Positions 19,309 to 29,617 of a stretch of DNA of 64,000 bases are shown piece after piece. The DNA is taken from assembly GCA_024720975.1 (NCBI GenBank), contig JANJXX010000002.1, positions 1 to 64,000 on the forward strand, written 5' to 3'. The position numbers were made by a program, and so were the translations under genes. The DNA comes from Thermoproteota archaeon. Its GTDB lineage: Archaea > Asgardarchaeota > Njordarchaeia > Njordarchaeales > Panguiarchaeaceae. Position 1 is the first letter of the stretch, and every line of letters starts with the position of its first letter. The notes beneath the pieces were generated by a model. It was not told the origin of the DNA. It did no database searches and saw nothing but the letters and a program-made list of their open reading frames with translations.

Positions 19309-20541
19309 ATGATCAGTCAAATAGCAAAACAAATGTTGGAGCGACCTAGTTCAATTAGAGAAATAATGACACTTGTTGCTGAATATGAAAAGCACCCAGA
19401 GAAATTTCCTAAGCCTTTAATATACCTTGCAGGAGGTTGGCCCCAAGATCCACCGCCAGAAGTTCTTCGAGCAAAATTGCGAGAGGTTGTTAATGATGAT
19501 AAACTTTGGATAAAAGCTGCGAGGTACTCCCCAACAATAGGTTATCCTGACTTAATTGAACTTATTCCAGAATATGAATATCGGGTTTTTGGTCGGCGCA
19601 TTTATCCACAAAATGTAGTTTTCGGACTGGGATCATCAGCACAAACTTCTGCAATCTTCAAACTTCTCCTCGACCCCGGAGATGAAATAATACTGACGCG
19701 ACCCGGGTATCTGAATTATACCAGACAGATTGATCTTGAGCTTCACTCACAGGTTAAAATAAAGTATTGGCCAATCATTGAAGATTTGGAATTCAGACCT
19801 TCAATTGATGCATTAAATGACATGTTGACTAACAAGACAAAGGCTGTACTTGTTTGTTCCCCAGGAAATCCTGATGGTGCTGTCTGGAATGATTCCCAGT
19901 TGAGGGCTATGCATGATTTGGCGGAGGATCATAACTTCTACGTCATTATCGACGCCGCATATCGCGCATTTATATGGAACGGAGACAAAAAGCCACTTGA
20001 ACGCGAGCCACTTGAGAGAGAGATCTGGATCTGTTCTTTTAGCAAAGAGTTTAGGACACCCGGCTGGCGTGCGTCGTATGTTGTAGTACCCGAGGAACTT
20101 AAAAGACCCCTGGATACAATAGAACAAGCCCGAACGCTTGCTCCGGTTTCATTAGTTCAAATGATTATTATTAGACTGTTTTCAGATGCCGAGGCCCTGA
20201 AGGAATTAAAAAGATATTATGATTCTGGTGCTAGAAAGTATGCAGAGATTTCCCGTGAAGTTACAAAGGAGCTGCAAAGTATCGAAGATATAGGAGTGTT
20301 AAATCCTCAAGGAGGTTTCTATGTATTCTTCGATGTTAGTGCCTACAGCAATGACGATAAAAAGATCTGGCGCGACTTAATAGATAAAGAACAACTCGCA
20401 CTAGCGCCTGGCAGCGATTTTAACGGAGCGAAAGGTTGGCTGCGACTATCATTCGCGCCTGTTGTTGAGACACCTCAAGTTCTAAGGGAGGGTATTAGTA
20501 GATTAAAGCAGTATTTCTCGGGACTCAAAGCTCGCCAATAA
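19309..20541 (+). CDS. PLP-dependent aminotransferase class I/II
   Basis: SPGNPDG, IDAAY, SFSKEF..PGWR, GGFY, WLRLSF. Confidence 0.93.
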   Translation: MISQIAKQMLERPSSIREIMTLVAEYEKHPEKFPKPLIYLAGGWPQDPPPEVLRAKLREVVNDDKLWIKAARYSPTIGYPDLIELIPEYEYRVFGRRIYPQNVVFGLGSSAQTSAIFKLLLDPGDEIILTRPGYLNYTRQIDLELHSQVKIKYWPIIEDLEFRPSIDALNDMLTNKTKAVLVCSPGNPDGAVWNDSQLRAMHDLAEDHNFYVIIDAAYRAFIWNGDKKPLEREPLEREIWICSFSKEFRTPGWRASYVVVPEELKRPLDTIEQARTLAPVSLVQMIIIRLFSDAEALKELKRYYDSGARKYAEISREVTKELQSIEDIGVLNPQGGFYVFFDVSAYSNDDKKIWRDLIDKEQLALAPGSDFNGAKGWLRLSFAPVVETPQVLREGISRLKQYFSGLKARQ

Positions 20542-21451
20542 TTTTCTCAAGGAACCACTCGTGCTCAAATTTTTTCAAATCTTCATATTTTTGTCCAACG
20601 CCAATAAATTCTATCGGTTTTTTAGTGACATGGATAAGCGTAATCGCAGCTCCACCCTTCACATCAGCGTCTACTTTTGTCAAGACGCTGCAGTCTATTC
20701 CTACTCCATTATTAAAGAGTTCTGCCTGAACAACTAGGTCATTACCCATTAGTGCATCAACCACTAAACAGCGAATATCTGGTTTAGACACTCTTACTAT
20801 TTTCTGCATTTCAGCTATCAAATCCACATCCGTAGCTAATCTACCAGCCGTATCAATGAGCACTACATCGATTTTTTTGGCTACAGCATGCGCTATTGCG
20901 TCGAAACATACTGAAGCAGGGTCCGCTCCATATTCCCTCTTTATCATGCGAATTCCTAGCCTCTTAGCGTGCTCTTCTAACTGTTCTATAGCGCCGGCAC
21001 GAAATGTGTCAGAACAAGCTAAAACTACAGAGAATCCGCTCTTTTTGAGTAAGTTTGCGATTTTAGCTATGGTTGTAGTTTTTCCGCTACCATTCGGTCC
21101 CAGAAAAACTATAACAAAAGGCTTCCATTGGCTTGATGATAAATTAGCGTTCCTTTGTTCTTGAATCTTCTTTAAAATATCAAGCGGTCTGATCGCAAGT
21201 ATTTGACTTAGTTCTTCCCTCACGGCATTTAGGACCAATTTCCTGGTATCTGAAAATCTTCCAACGGTTTGTCCCTTGAGTTTGTTTAAAACTGCTTTTG
21301 AAATCTCGCTGGCAACGGAGGCTGCTACATCTGCAGCGATAAGATTTAGTTCAAATTCGAATAGAATCCTTGTTAGATCTGACTCGCTTAGCTCTTTATA
21401 TGCAATCTTCTCAACTAAGCCGGCTACGGCTCTTCTAAGTGCATCGAACAA
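20525..21451 (-). CDS. ftsY: SRP receptor FtsY
   Basis: GPNGSGKTTT, DTFRAGA, DTAGR, TKVD, GVGQ.Y.DL. Confidence 0.97.
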   Translation of the reverse strand: MFDALRRAVAGLVEKIAYKELSESDLTRILFEFELNLIAADVAASVASEISKAVLNKLKGQTVGRFSDTRKLVLNAVREELSQILAIRPLDILKKIQEQRNANLSSSQWKPFVIVFLGPNGSGKTTTIAKIANLLKKSGFSVVLACSDTFRAGAIEQLEEHAKRLGIRMIKREYGADPASVCFDAIAHAVAKKIDVVLIDTAGRLATDVDLIAEMQKIVRVSKPDIRCLVVDALMGNDLVVQAELFNNGVGIDCSVLTKVDADVKGGAAITLIHVTKKPIEFIGVGQKYEDLKKFEHEWFLEKIIGEL

Positions 21452-21524
21452 TCAAATCACACAGAAAAATTTCTCTTATACTTTCAAAGACAGCTTTATC
21501 ACCTCAAAAATATTGAATTAAATT

Positions 21525-23567
21525 TTGAGCACAAGTCAAAGGATAATAGGTGCCAGCTTGTTGCGCATACTCGGACTGGACATTTTGCCGGATCGACGCA
21601 ATTTCTTCTTTGTAATTCTGAATTCCGAAACACAAGAGATCATTCTCAAGGGCATTGTAAGTAGAGGAGATCTCATTGACTTCATAAAGAGGAACTCAAT
21701 AGACTTAGTGGCTATAGATAACATCTTTGAATTATACAGCAACACAAATGAAATACTGCGGTTTCTTGAGGAGACTGGAACAACTCTGGTACAAGTTACT
21801 GGTTCTATGTTTAGGCAGAGAAAGCTCGCTTCAATAGCTAAAGAATACGATATGCACAGGGGTGGAAAGTTATCCCCAGAGCAAGCTGCAGAAATAGCGG
21901 CCAGGCTTGCCGCCTCTAAAGAGGGAGCAAAAGTTGTAGCATTTATGGAGGCTACCTTGATTACAATCACACGTTCGAGAAGCTTCGGAGTCGTTGGTGG
22001 AAGTCATCAGAGACAATACCTTAGAGCCGCGGAAGCGCGGATAAAGGCTGCTGCCAAGGAAGTGTTAGATCTTTTAAACGAGAGGGGAATTCCCTATGAT
22101 CTATTCGTACGCCAAGGTGAGGGTGGATATAAGTCTGCTAAGATAATTGTCTATGAATCATTCAATAACCTTCGCGGCATCATAAAGCAGACTGAGAACG
22201 ATTGGTATCAAATAAAGATTGAACCAATAAGCCATAATAAACTGCTCTTCATAAATGGATCTGAACCATCCGAAGTTTCTAAGAAGGGGCAATACCTAAT
22301 AATTGGAATCGATCCAGGCGAGACGACGGGTCTTGCAATACTAAATTTAAATGGAGATGTACTATACATTGCGAGCAGAAGGTCTATAGGATTATTTGAT
22401 CTTATCGATGAGATCTACAAACATGGGCAGCCACTAATAATCAGCTGTGATGTTCCAAAAGTACCACATTTCGTGAAGATGATTGCTACACAATCTGGAG
22501 CAGTTATATATAGACCTGATAAGGTACTGCCAGTAAGCAAGAAGAATGAAGTTGCAAGAAAAGCTGGGGTGAAAGTCTTCGATTCTCATCAACGCGATGC
22601 ATATGTCGCCGCTTGGCTAGCTTACAAGCACTACGAGAAGAAGTTCTCTAAGATCAACGCCTTAGCGAAGTACATACCATTTATCGACGCGGATTCAATT
22701 AAAGCTGAAGTCGTACTTAAGAGTATCGACGTGCGCTCTGCCATAATTATGCAACTCTCTAAACTTCTCCAAGAGCCGCAAAAAACTGAAAATATAATCT
22801 CCTCACGGGAAGCTATACTGCAGAAGGAAAATTCTATCCTCAGGGAGAAGTATGTACAGCTTAAAGAAAAGTATGAAGAAATCCTAAAAGAAAACGAAAA
22901 CCTCCGCTTAAAACTGGCTGAGAGTGAACGTAGAATATCAGAGCTGTTAAAGGAGCTCGAAAAAACTCACAGAGAAGAGTTTAAGAGAACTCTTGACGAA
23001 TTAAAACTCAAGGATCCCATCGTACAAAAGCTTTGCCTAGAGAACGAGACTCTTAAAGGTACCATTACGAATCTCGAAAATAAAATAAGGACGTTAGAGT
23101 CCAAGATCGAGATCCTAGAGCGAATTGCTTCGAGAGAAAATGACGAAGTGATCATTAAAAAAATTCCTACTCTATCACATCAGACAGCAGAGGAGTGGAT
23201 CCAAACTTATGGTTTGACTCGATTTGATTTCATTCTAACGCATAGGATCTTGTTCAGTTCTAGATTGCTTGAGATATTGAAGGAGTCAAAAATTCTGGGA
23301 ATAATACTAGTTGACCGAGATTCAACTCCACCAGAAACGGTCCATACACTAGAAGCCAATGGCATTGCAGTGATCGATTATCAGGATACTTTAGATCTTA
23401 TAGACAAAAATCTATTGGTGCAGAAGATCAAGATATCAGAAATACGCAAGCGGATTCGAGGCATTCTTATCGAGCGGTTTGAATCCCATGAGCATCTATA
23501 TCAGGAGTTCTTAGAGATCCTCGAGGAGTATAGAAAGAAGAGGTTAGAAGAACTGCTTAATGAATAA
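21525..23567 (+). CDS. DUF460-domain protein (RNase H-like folds plus coiled coil)
   Basis: ILGLDI, AIDNIFEL, IIGIDPGETTGLA, SHQRDA, long coiled coil; start may be 21558/21561. Confidence 0.88.
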   Translation: MSTSQRIIGASLLRILGLDILPDRRNFFFVILNSETQEIILKGIVSRGDLIDFIKRNSIDLVAIDNIFELYSNTNEILRFLEETGTTLVQVTGSMFRQRKLASIAKEYDMHRGGKLSPEQAAEIAARLAASKEGAKVVAFMEATLITITRSRSFGVVGGSHQRQYLRAAEARIKAAAKEVLDLLNERGIPYDLFVRQGEGGYKSAKIIVYESFNNLRGIIKQTENDWYQIKIEPISHNKLLFINGSEPSEVSKKGQYLIIGIDPGETTGLAILNLNGDVLYIASRRSIGLFDLIDEIYKHGQPLIISCDVPKVPHFVKMIATQSGAVIYRPDKVLPVSKKNEVARKAGVKVFDSHQRDAYVAAWLAYKHYEKKFSKINALAKYIPFIDADSIKAEVVLKSIDVRSAIIMQLSKLLQEPQKTENIISSREAILQKENSILREKYVQLKEKYEEILKENENLRLKLAESERRISELLKELEKTHREEFKRTLDELKLKDPIVQKLCLENETLKGTITNLENKIRTLESKIEILERIASRENDEVIIKKIPTLSHQTAEEWIQTYGLTRFDFILTHRILFSSRLLEILKESKILGIILVDRDSTPPETVHTLEANGIAVIDYQDTLDLIDKNLLVQKIKISEIRKRIRGILIERFESHEHLYQEFLEILEEYRKKRLEELLNE

Positions 23568-24944
23568 TCATTTTTTGATTTTGAAGTATTTTCGATATAC
23601 CCGAAGTGCAATTCCAAAAATGACTACAAGCGAAATTATTGCATAAATTATGGGGGCTACTAGTTCGATAGGACTTACTTCCTTCTCCTCCTTATACATA
23701 ACCCTATAGGCAAATATTTCTGAACTATATGAGCCATAAGTTGAGAAGATTGTTGCATTGACTAATATCCATCTCGTTCTGTTGTCTAAGCTCTCAATAG
23801 TATATGATAACGAAATTGGGGATATTGAGATAGGCTTTGATGTTCTGTAGATTGTTTTATTCTCACTATCAAGTAAGGCATAAGACAATTTTACCTCGGT
23901 GATATTTCCAAATCCAGTTCCAGGAATTACATAGACTTTGCAGGGTTTACCTGCATATGGGTCCTTTGCCACAACTGCTAGTATAGGATATATAGGCAGA
24001 CTAAAGACACCTTTCTCAAGATACATGCTTATGTATATCATTAGCTCAGTTGAGGGAACGATTCCATAGGTTTTGAACCAGACTAAGCCTGAGCTGTCCA
24101 GGAGGATAATAAGGGGCTCTGCATTTGTGCTATTTACTGTAAAGATCTCAAGTGAACCATTCTTTCCCGCGAGGACAATCGTTTGATTGTCCCAAACAAT
24201 GGATACATTTTTCGGTAATGTTTTATTTGAGAGATACTTGGAGATGTTGAAGCTATTTGTTGTATCAATTACTAGGGTGTGAATATCACTCTTGAAGCGC
24301 TCGATTAGGCTTTGTGCATAATTCAGAATTATGTCTAGTGTTTCATCTACCTCTATTCTTGCGTAGATTAGAAGGAAGATCCTTGAATCCGCTCCTTCTA
24401 GGATATTTCTTATAAGCGTCGTGTTGTTAGAGGGATCAAATGTTGTTATGTTAAAGTAGGATATTCTACCGTATAGAGCTATTCTGGGAAAATAGCTACC
24501 ATAGACTAAGTTCAAATATTCCTTATCGGATACGGGAACTATCTGTCCCGAATAGTTCGAGTACACTTTACTAAGTTCTGGGGTTAATTTTTGGAAAAAT
24601 ACCTTCAGTGCACACGTATACTCAACTGATGAACTCTCATTGCTTAGATATTCGTAGTAGTTCCCAAACAGCGAAATATTGACGCTTCTTATAGCATTTG
24701 CTGGAATAATTCCGGAGTATATTTGTCTCAATGCTTCATCAACGGATGAACAGTTAATAAGCGATCCGTTCTCCAGGGATATTATTGCAATTGGAAGTCT
24801 AGTTACGTTGTCAGTTTTATTGCTGGCTAATATTGAGACTCCTTTGTCTGAATCAACAACGATTGTTTCATTGATTCTAATCATAGGAACAGCATTCAAA
24901 ACTAATAGGATTAATATTAGAGTTCTCAGCAACTCACTTCGCAT
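23568..24944 (-). CDS. Secreted, C-terminally anchored protein with CxxC-less thioredoxin-like domain
   Basis: Signal peptide, many N-x-S/T sequons, EPLIILLDSSGLVWFKTYG, C-terminal TM plus basic tail. Confidence 0.7.
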   Translation of the reverse strand: MRSELLRTLILILLVLNAVPMIRINETIVVDSDKGVSILASNKTDNVTRLPIAIISLENGSLINCSSVDEALRQIYSGIIPANAIRSVNISLFGNYYEYLSNESSSVEYTCALKVFFQKLTPELSKVYSNYSGQIVPVSDKEYLNLVYGSYFPRIALYGRISYFNITTFDPSNNTTLIRNILEGADSRIFLLIYARIEVDETLDIILNYAQSLIERFKSDIHTLVIDTTNSFNISKYLSNKTLPKNVSIVWDNQTIVLAGKNGSLEIFTVNSTNAEPLIILLDSSGLVWFKTYGIVPSTELMIYISMYLEKGVFSLPIYPILAVVAKDPYAGKPCKVYVIPGTGFGNITEVKLSYALLDSENKTIYRTSKPISISPISLSYTIESLDNRTRWILVNATIFSTYGSYSSEIFAYRVMYKEEKEVSPIELVAPIIYAIISLVVIFGIALRVYRKYFKIKK

Positions 24945-24992
24945 TTTTGGTCACGTATATTTCTAAGTTGTAATCAATTTAGATTAAATATG

Positions 24993-25706
24993 CTACAAAA
25001 CTGACTCAATACCAAAGATTGCTAAAGCTTTAGCTATTCTATCTGATAGATCAACCGGTAATTTGAGTCCGGCCAACCAATATATGCTTGAGACAAGGAA
25101 AATAGCATTATTAGCCTTTCCTAGTAGACTATTATTGGCTATACTGCACGAAGAAAAAACAACCACGTTTCCATTTCCATAGTGAACAACACAACTAACG
25201 ATTGCATCTGGAGGACTATGATTTTTGCTACTCCTTACGAGCACTCTATTTTTATCACTCTCTCCGTCAATCAATATTAGAGCCTTTGGATGCTGAGCGA
25301 TTATTTCATTTACACCACTTGTGATGCTGTGCTTCTTATTTATACTTGTAAGGAGAACATGTTCTGTATCGTTTTGTTCTTTTATTATGTTGTCTGAGAC
25401 ATATATTCCCATTTCGGCTAAAAATTTAGACGCAAAATCAAAGTGCGGGGCACTCTCTGTGTCCAGTAAAACGAGTGCTCCTAATCCGTCACGTATTGCT
25501 CTAAGCATAAGTGAGACTTGGTCGCGCGTCCTCATTTCATATCTCGGACATATAAGCAGAACTTTGCCCCTAGAAAGCTCATCTAATTTGACCTCCCTCA
25601 GCGGATGTGTCTTGAATCCCAAATGCTCAAGGAGTGATTTGAAATCGTCTAAATCACCTGAATAGAAACCAGCACCATCAAGGATTACTGATACGGCTTC
25701 GAACAC
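24993..25706 (-). CDS. GATase-like/GIFT (DUF4350/IFT52-like) fold protein
   Basis: L..LGF, DGLGALV, HSITSGV, GNGNVVVFS, N...GKANN.IFLVSSIYWLA. Confidence 0.6.
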   Translation of the reverse strand: MFEAVSVILDGAGFYSGDLDDFKSLLEHLGFKTHPLREVKLDELSRGKVLLICPRYEMRTRDQVSLMLRAIRDGLGALVLLDTESAPHFDFASKFLAEMGIYVSDNIIKEQNDTEHVLLTSINKKHSITSGVNEIIAQHPKALILIDGESDKNRVLVRSSKNHSPPDAIVSCVVHYGNGNVVVFSSCSIANNSLLGKANNAIFLVSSIYWLAGLKLPVDLSDRIAKALAIFGIESVL

Positions 25707-25777
25707 CTTAATCTCCTGTGGAAAGCTCTGTATTATATTGAGATAAAATTTATGAAATCGTTGTTATTAAGGTCTCT

Positions 25778-26311
25778 GTGAATGTGATAAGAATGGTACT
25801 GCCGGGCGTTTACTTTAGGAGAATCATTAGAAGCGTAGTGTTCGACTTCGATGAGCATGGCATTTTAGAGGCTCTACTTCGATACCCAGCAGGAGAGTAT
25901 GGAGAGTCCGTAACCTATGAGAGAATTGAGAGAACATCTATAATCTCAAAGATTTACTCAACATTACCAATCCAAACTGAAGCAATACTCCTCGATGATG
26001 TTGAGATTCTTATTAAACTTCCGAGGTACTATAGACAAAAGATCTATAGGCGCGATCACATTGCTTACCCCGGTCAAATAATTTATCGTCCCCAAGTACC
26101 AGCAATCTCAATAGCAGCAGGTCTCCTCGAAACATATGAACCAGTAGAAATAATAGGCGAAGTAAAAACGGTGGAAAAACAAGAGAGTCGAGAATATGTT
26201 CCAAGGGAGATTCAAGAGCTGGCTGATAAAATAAGAAATAGGGCTAGCGTCTATGTAGTCATACGCAAGTCGAAACCGGAGACGGAAGAAGATACTGAGG
26301 GCGACAAATGA
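25778..26311 (+). CDS. Cyclophilin-like fold protein (DUF369/TM1367-like)
   Basis: KIYSTLPI, PGQIIYRP..PAISI, PVEIIGEV. Confidence 0.6.
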   Translation: MNVIRMVLPGVYFRRIIRSVVFDFDEHGILEALLRYPAGEYGESVTYERIERTSIISKIYSTLPIQTEAILLDDVEILIKLPRYYRQKIYRRDHIAYPGQIIYRPQVPAISIAAGLLETYEPVEIIGEVKTVEKQESREYVPREIQELADKIRNRASVYVVIRKSKPETEEDTEGDK

Positions 26312-26661
26312 TTGGACCTCTTAAAAAAGTGGGAGAGATACTTCATATATCCAATCTTACGGATAATATTCTAATAGTTAAACTTGATGAGTTCGTAAAG
26401 CCGGGAACAGTCATTTACAACGGTTTCATGAGAGAACTTGGAGTTGTCATTGAATGTTTTGGCCCGACGAAGTCTCCATATGCACGCGTCAAAATAAATA
26501 GTAAGGAGAAGGACCACATTCTGGAACTTCTGGACAGGAGAGCGAAAGAACAAACGAGCAAAGACCTACGACAACAACTTCTTTGCTACGTAATAGCTGG
26601 TGAGGAGGAGAAAGTTCAATGGAGGAAAATGCCACACCCACGGAAAGGCCAAGTACACTAG
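26308..26661 (+). CDS. gar1: H/ACA RNP protein Gar1/Naf1
   Basis: KKVGEILHI, ELGVVIECFGPTKSPYARVK. Confidence 0.9.
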   Translation: MIGPLKKVGEILHISNLTDNILIVKLDEFVKPGTVIYNGFMRELGVVIECFGPTKSPYARVKINSKEKDHILELLDRRAKEQTSKDLRQQLLCYVIAGEEEKVQWRKMPHPRKGQVH

Positions 26662-27185
26662 TTACATGCCCAAACACTGTAATTACATCTACCGTTCGTG
26701 TTACTCCTACCACAAGAAAGTTTATGAAAGTTATGTCCGCGCTCACTGGTGCTTCAATTCTCCCGCGAGGGAAATCTCGTCTTGATGACATTGCATATAT
26801 TGCTAAAAAGGCAGGATTCACATCATTTCTTGTAGTCTTCTCTTACAAAGGTCAACCCTCACGGATTGACATATACTCTCTAAGACCTGAAGGTTACTTT
26901 GAAAAATTAGGCCTAGTGATCATGAGAGGCTTCAACTTATTTGCAAGTCCCCCTGCGTGCGTTGGTATGGAATTATCTCTTGCTGGAAGTAACGCCGTGT
27001 CAAAGAATTTATGGAGGATCTTAATGAACGCTTTTGGAAATGATGATTGCTCAAAATATCGCGGAGGAAAAATATCTAAGTGTCAGATTTGTGACGAAAA
27101 CCTCGAGTCGGTGATATCCTTTTGGTGGAAAGAGAAACTTTTAGCGAAAATTCTGGTAAGACACGTAAAATGCTTGAGGGAATAA
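26619..27185 (+). CDS. Brix/Imp4 domain ribosome biogenesis protein
   Basis: VITST...TPTTRKF, PRGKSRLDDI, KGQPSRI; canonical position before pcc1-pfdB. Confidence 0.85.
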   Translation: MEENATPTERPSTLVTCPNTVITSTVRVTPTTRKFMKVMSALTGASILPRGKSRLDDIAYIAKKAGFTSFLVVFSYKGQPSRIDIYSLRPEGYFEKLGLVIMRGFNLFASPPACVGMELSLAGSNAVSKNLWRILMNAFGNDDCSKYRGGKISKCQICDENLESVISFWWKEKLLAKILVRHVKCLRE

Positions 27186-27427
27186 TAAAAATAACACTTA
27201 AGTTTGAGCGCTTAGAGGATCTCATAGCAATTTACAAGGCATTAGTGCCAGAGACTAAAAACCCTCCCACACATAGATCTGAAGCCAAAGTTTGGATCGA
27301 GGATAGATCATTAAAAATAGAGATTTCTTCTAAAGACTTGATTAGTTTAAGAGCAGCTCTCAACAGTTACCTCCGATGGATATACATACTTACCATGGGA
27401 TTAAAGGTGATGAAGAATGTCAACTGA
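27170..27427 (+). CDS. pcc1: KEOPS subunit Pcc1
   Basis: AIYKALVPE, RS, SKDLISLRAALNSYLRWI. Confidence 0.92.
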   Translation: MLEGIIKITLKFERLEDLIAIYKALVPETKNPPTHRSEAKVWIEDRSLKIEISSKDLISLRAALNSYLRWIYILTMGLKVMKNVN

Positions 27428-27743
27428 AGCAATGAAACTTGCTCAGGCGAAACAACAACAGATCTTGGTTCTCGAGGAGTACCTACGGTTGTACAAACAA
27501 AGATTAATGGAAATAGAGACTGCTATTAGATCACTAAATAAAGCTAAAGTCCATGGAGAAGATTCTGCATATGAAATTCTGGGAGCAAATATTTTAGTTA
27601 GAAGAAACATAGATGAGCTCGTTACAGAGCTTGACCAGGAAAAAGACGTGTTGTCCAAAAGGATTCAGAGCATTGAAGAACAATTAATAGCCCTGCGAAG
27701 AGAATTGCGAGAACTTGTATCTAAAAAACCAGAAGGAGGATAG
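27417..27743 (+). CDS. pfdB: Prefoldin beta subunit
   Basis: Helix-hairpin(YEILGANILV)-helix; operon context. Confidence 0.85.
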   Translation: MSTEAMKLAQAKQQQILVLEEYLRLYKQRLMEIETAIRSLNKAKVHGEDSAYEILGANILVRRNIDELVTELDQEKDVLSKRIQSIEEQLIALRRELRELVSKKPEGG

Positions 27744-27751
27744 AGCTAGAC

Positions 27752-28105
27752 ATGGTAATATATAGATTTGAAAAAGAATTTGAATTCACACTGGGAACTG
27801 AAAACAAAAAAGTGAACTCGAACCTTCTAGGAGAAGCCCTAGAATCCGCTGAGGAGGAGGCATATAAAAGACTCCATGAAGCGGTTTCTAGACATTTCAT
27901 AGACTTCGCAATCGATGCCGACGTCAAACTACTACAGGAAAACAAAGGAATAAAATTACTAATACTGCTTACCATAAACCTTGAAATATCACCTATTAGC
28001 CCAAAAGTCACAGAGCAAGATCTGATCGCTAGGGAGATCGCTGATGCATTCTTTGAAACAATCAGAAAACAAATATCTAAAGTTCTGGGAGAAGCTTACC
28101 ACTGA
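27752..28105 (+). CDS. DUF3194-like protein
   Basis: alpha-beta-beta-alpha pattern; sits between pfdB and DHH as in the conserved archaeal operon. Confidence 0.55.
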   Translation: MVIYRFEKEFEFTLGTENKKVNSNLLGEALESAEEEAYKRLHEAVSRHFIDFAIDADVKLLQENKGIKLLILLTINLEISPISPKVTEQDLIAREIADAFFETIRKQISKVLGEAYH

Positions 28106-29084
28106 TCGTCCAGAACTATATGTGCTCATTCCCCATGAGAAGCCAGACTTTGATGCAATAGCATCCTCTTGTATTCTACAGAAACTGCTGACGACATTAA
28201 TGCAAATCAAAAGTGTAATTGTAATGGATTCGCCGACTCTGGAAACTCAATACGTTCTTAGAGAATTAAATATAGATCTCGTTTGGATGAATCCAGGAGA
28301 TTTTTCAACAGAAGGATCCTATGATGTCGTGTTGATAGATTCAAGCAACCCAGAAAGGTTCATTTCTGAACAAATAAAACAACTCATAGGAGCGTCAAGA
28401 AGGATTTTTGCGATCGATCATCACTTCACAGGCGAAAGTGCATCAGCTACCTTGGAATTGCTTTACCATCCGGTACCAGCGACCACAGAAATAATTCTAG
28501 GACTCAGCGAGGAGCTTGGAGTTCTAAGTAATATACTCGAAGATGAAAGGCTGACTAAACTAGCCATACTTGGCTTGGTCACAGATACATACTTCTTCAC
28601 TTTAGCAACACCAAGTACGTTTCGCTACATGAGCAAGCTATCCGAAAGAGTACAGTACATTAAGATCGTTGAGACCCTTAGAAAGAAAAGAGAGCAACCC
28701 CTACCGGAGAAACTAGCGCGCCTAAAGGCCATGCAAAGAATTATGCTAAGGGTAATTAACAGTAAAATCGTTTGCATCACACACGTGGGAAGCTATGAAT
28801 CAAAGGTTGCGAGTTCATTACTGGACATGGGAGCGGATCTCAGTATAGTGATATCACCCAAGAGAGAACGAGGAAAGAAGCTTATAAGAGTCATTCTCAG
28901 ATCCAAAGGAATTCAACTTGAGCCAATAGTTAAGGAAATTGCCGATGTGTATGGTGGATCTTATGGCATATTGATGAACTATGCGGGAGGTATTCAAATA
29001 TCCTCCAAGGAAAGGATTGATAAACTCAGGAAAGCTATCATGGAAATAGTCTTTAAACATTTAGGTGAAGGCGTGGAAACCTGA
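28044..29084 (+). CDS. DHH family phosphoesterase
   Basis: HEKPDFDA, VLIDS, IDHH, GLVTDT. Confidence 0.92.
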   Translation: MHSLKQSENKYLKFWEKLTTDRPELYVLIPHEKPDFDAIASSCILQKLLTTLMQIKSVIVMDSPTLETQYVLRELNIDLVWMNPGDFSTEGSYDVVLIDSSNPERFISEQIKQLIGASRRIFAIDHHFTGESASATLELLYHPVPATTEIILGLSEELGVLSNILEDERLTKLAILGLVTDTYFFTLATPSTFRYMSKLSERVQYIKIVETLRKKREQPLPEKLARLKAMQRIMLRVINSKIVCITHVGSYESKVASSLLDMGADLSIVISPKRERGKKLIRVILRSKGIQLEPIVKEIADVYGGSYGILMNYAGGIQISSKERIDKLRKAIMEIVFKHLGEGVET

Positions 29085-29323
29085 TCTAATCCGTGATCTA
29101 TGTACACCGTATAGTGGTTCTGCTGACTTATTCACAGTATTATTCAAACAATGCATCAAAAAGCCTCGATGCCTGAGATCTTCAAATTAACACTAGCTAC
29201 ATATAACCTATCACTACATGCCAAGTTTGAGATTAACTGAGGATCTTCTAAACTTCTTAAGAGGAATACTCTTCTAGCCAATCAGGTATTTTTTAACTCA
29301 ATAGATTAGAGAGATTTTCGAGT

Positions 29324-29350
29324 GTAGGAAATTTTAAATCAAATTCCTAC
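29324..29350. promoter_or_regulatory. Inverted repeat upstream of rubredoxin
   Basis: GTAGGAA-N13-TTCCTAC, 42 nt before the ATG. Confidence 0.35.
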
Positions 29351-29392
29351 TTTTACTAAGCAAATGCACGAGTTGAGGCAGGGCGATATTTT

Positions 29393-29554
29393 ATGGATAA
29401 GTGGGTATGTACAGTCTGCGGCTATATTTATGATCCTGAAAAAGGAGATCCAACTCAAAACATCAGACCCGGAACGCCATTCGAGGAGTTACCTGATGAC
29501 TGGGTTTGTCCATTATGTGGAGCTCCAAAGGAGGCATTTGAAAAACTGAAGTGA
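29393..29554 (+). CDS. Rubredoxin (53 aa, missed by ORF track)
   Basis: [20 protein letters not shown]...[28 protein letters not shown]. Confidence 0.98.
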   Translation: MDKWVCTVCGYIYDPEKGDPTQNIRPGTPFEELPDDWVCPLCGAPKEAFEKLK

Positions 29555-29617
29555 TCAATAACTGATAACTAGAGGACGAAATTTTCCATCAAAATTTTTT
29601 GTGAAAAGCTGGTGTAG

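Noticed and set aside
29364-29549. Tracked 61-aa ORF MHELRQ...
   Set aside because: Wrong frame; overlaps the true rubredoxin gene at 29393..29554.
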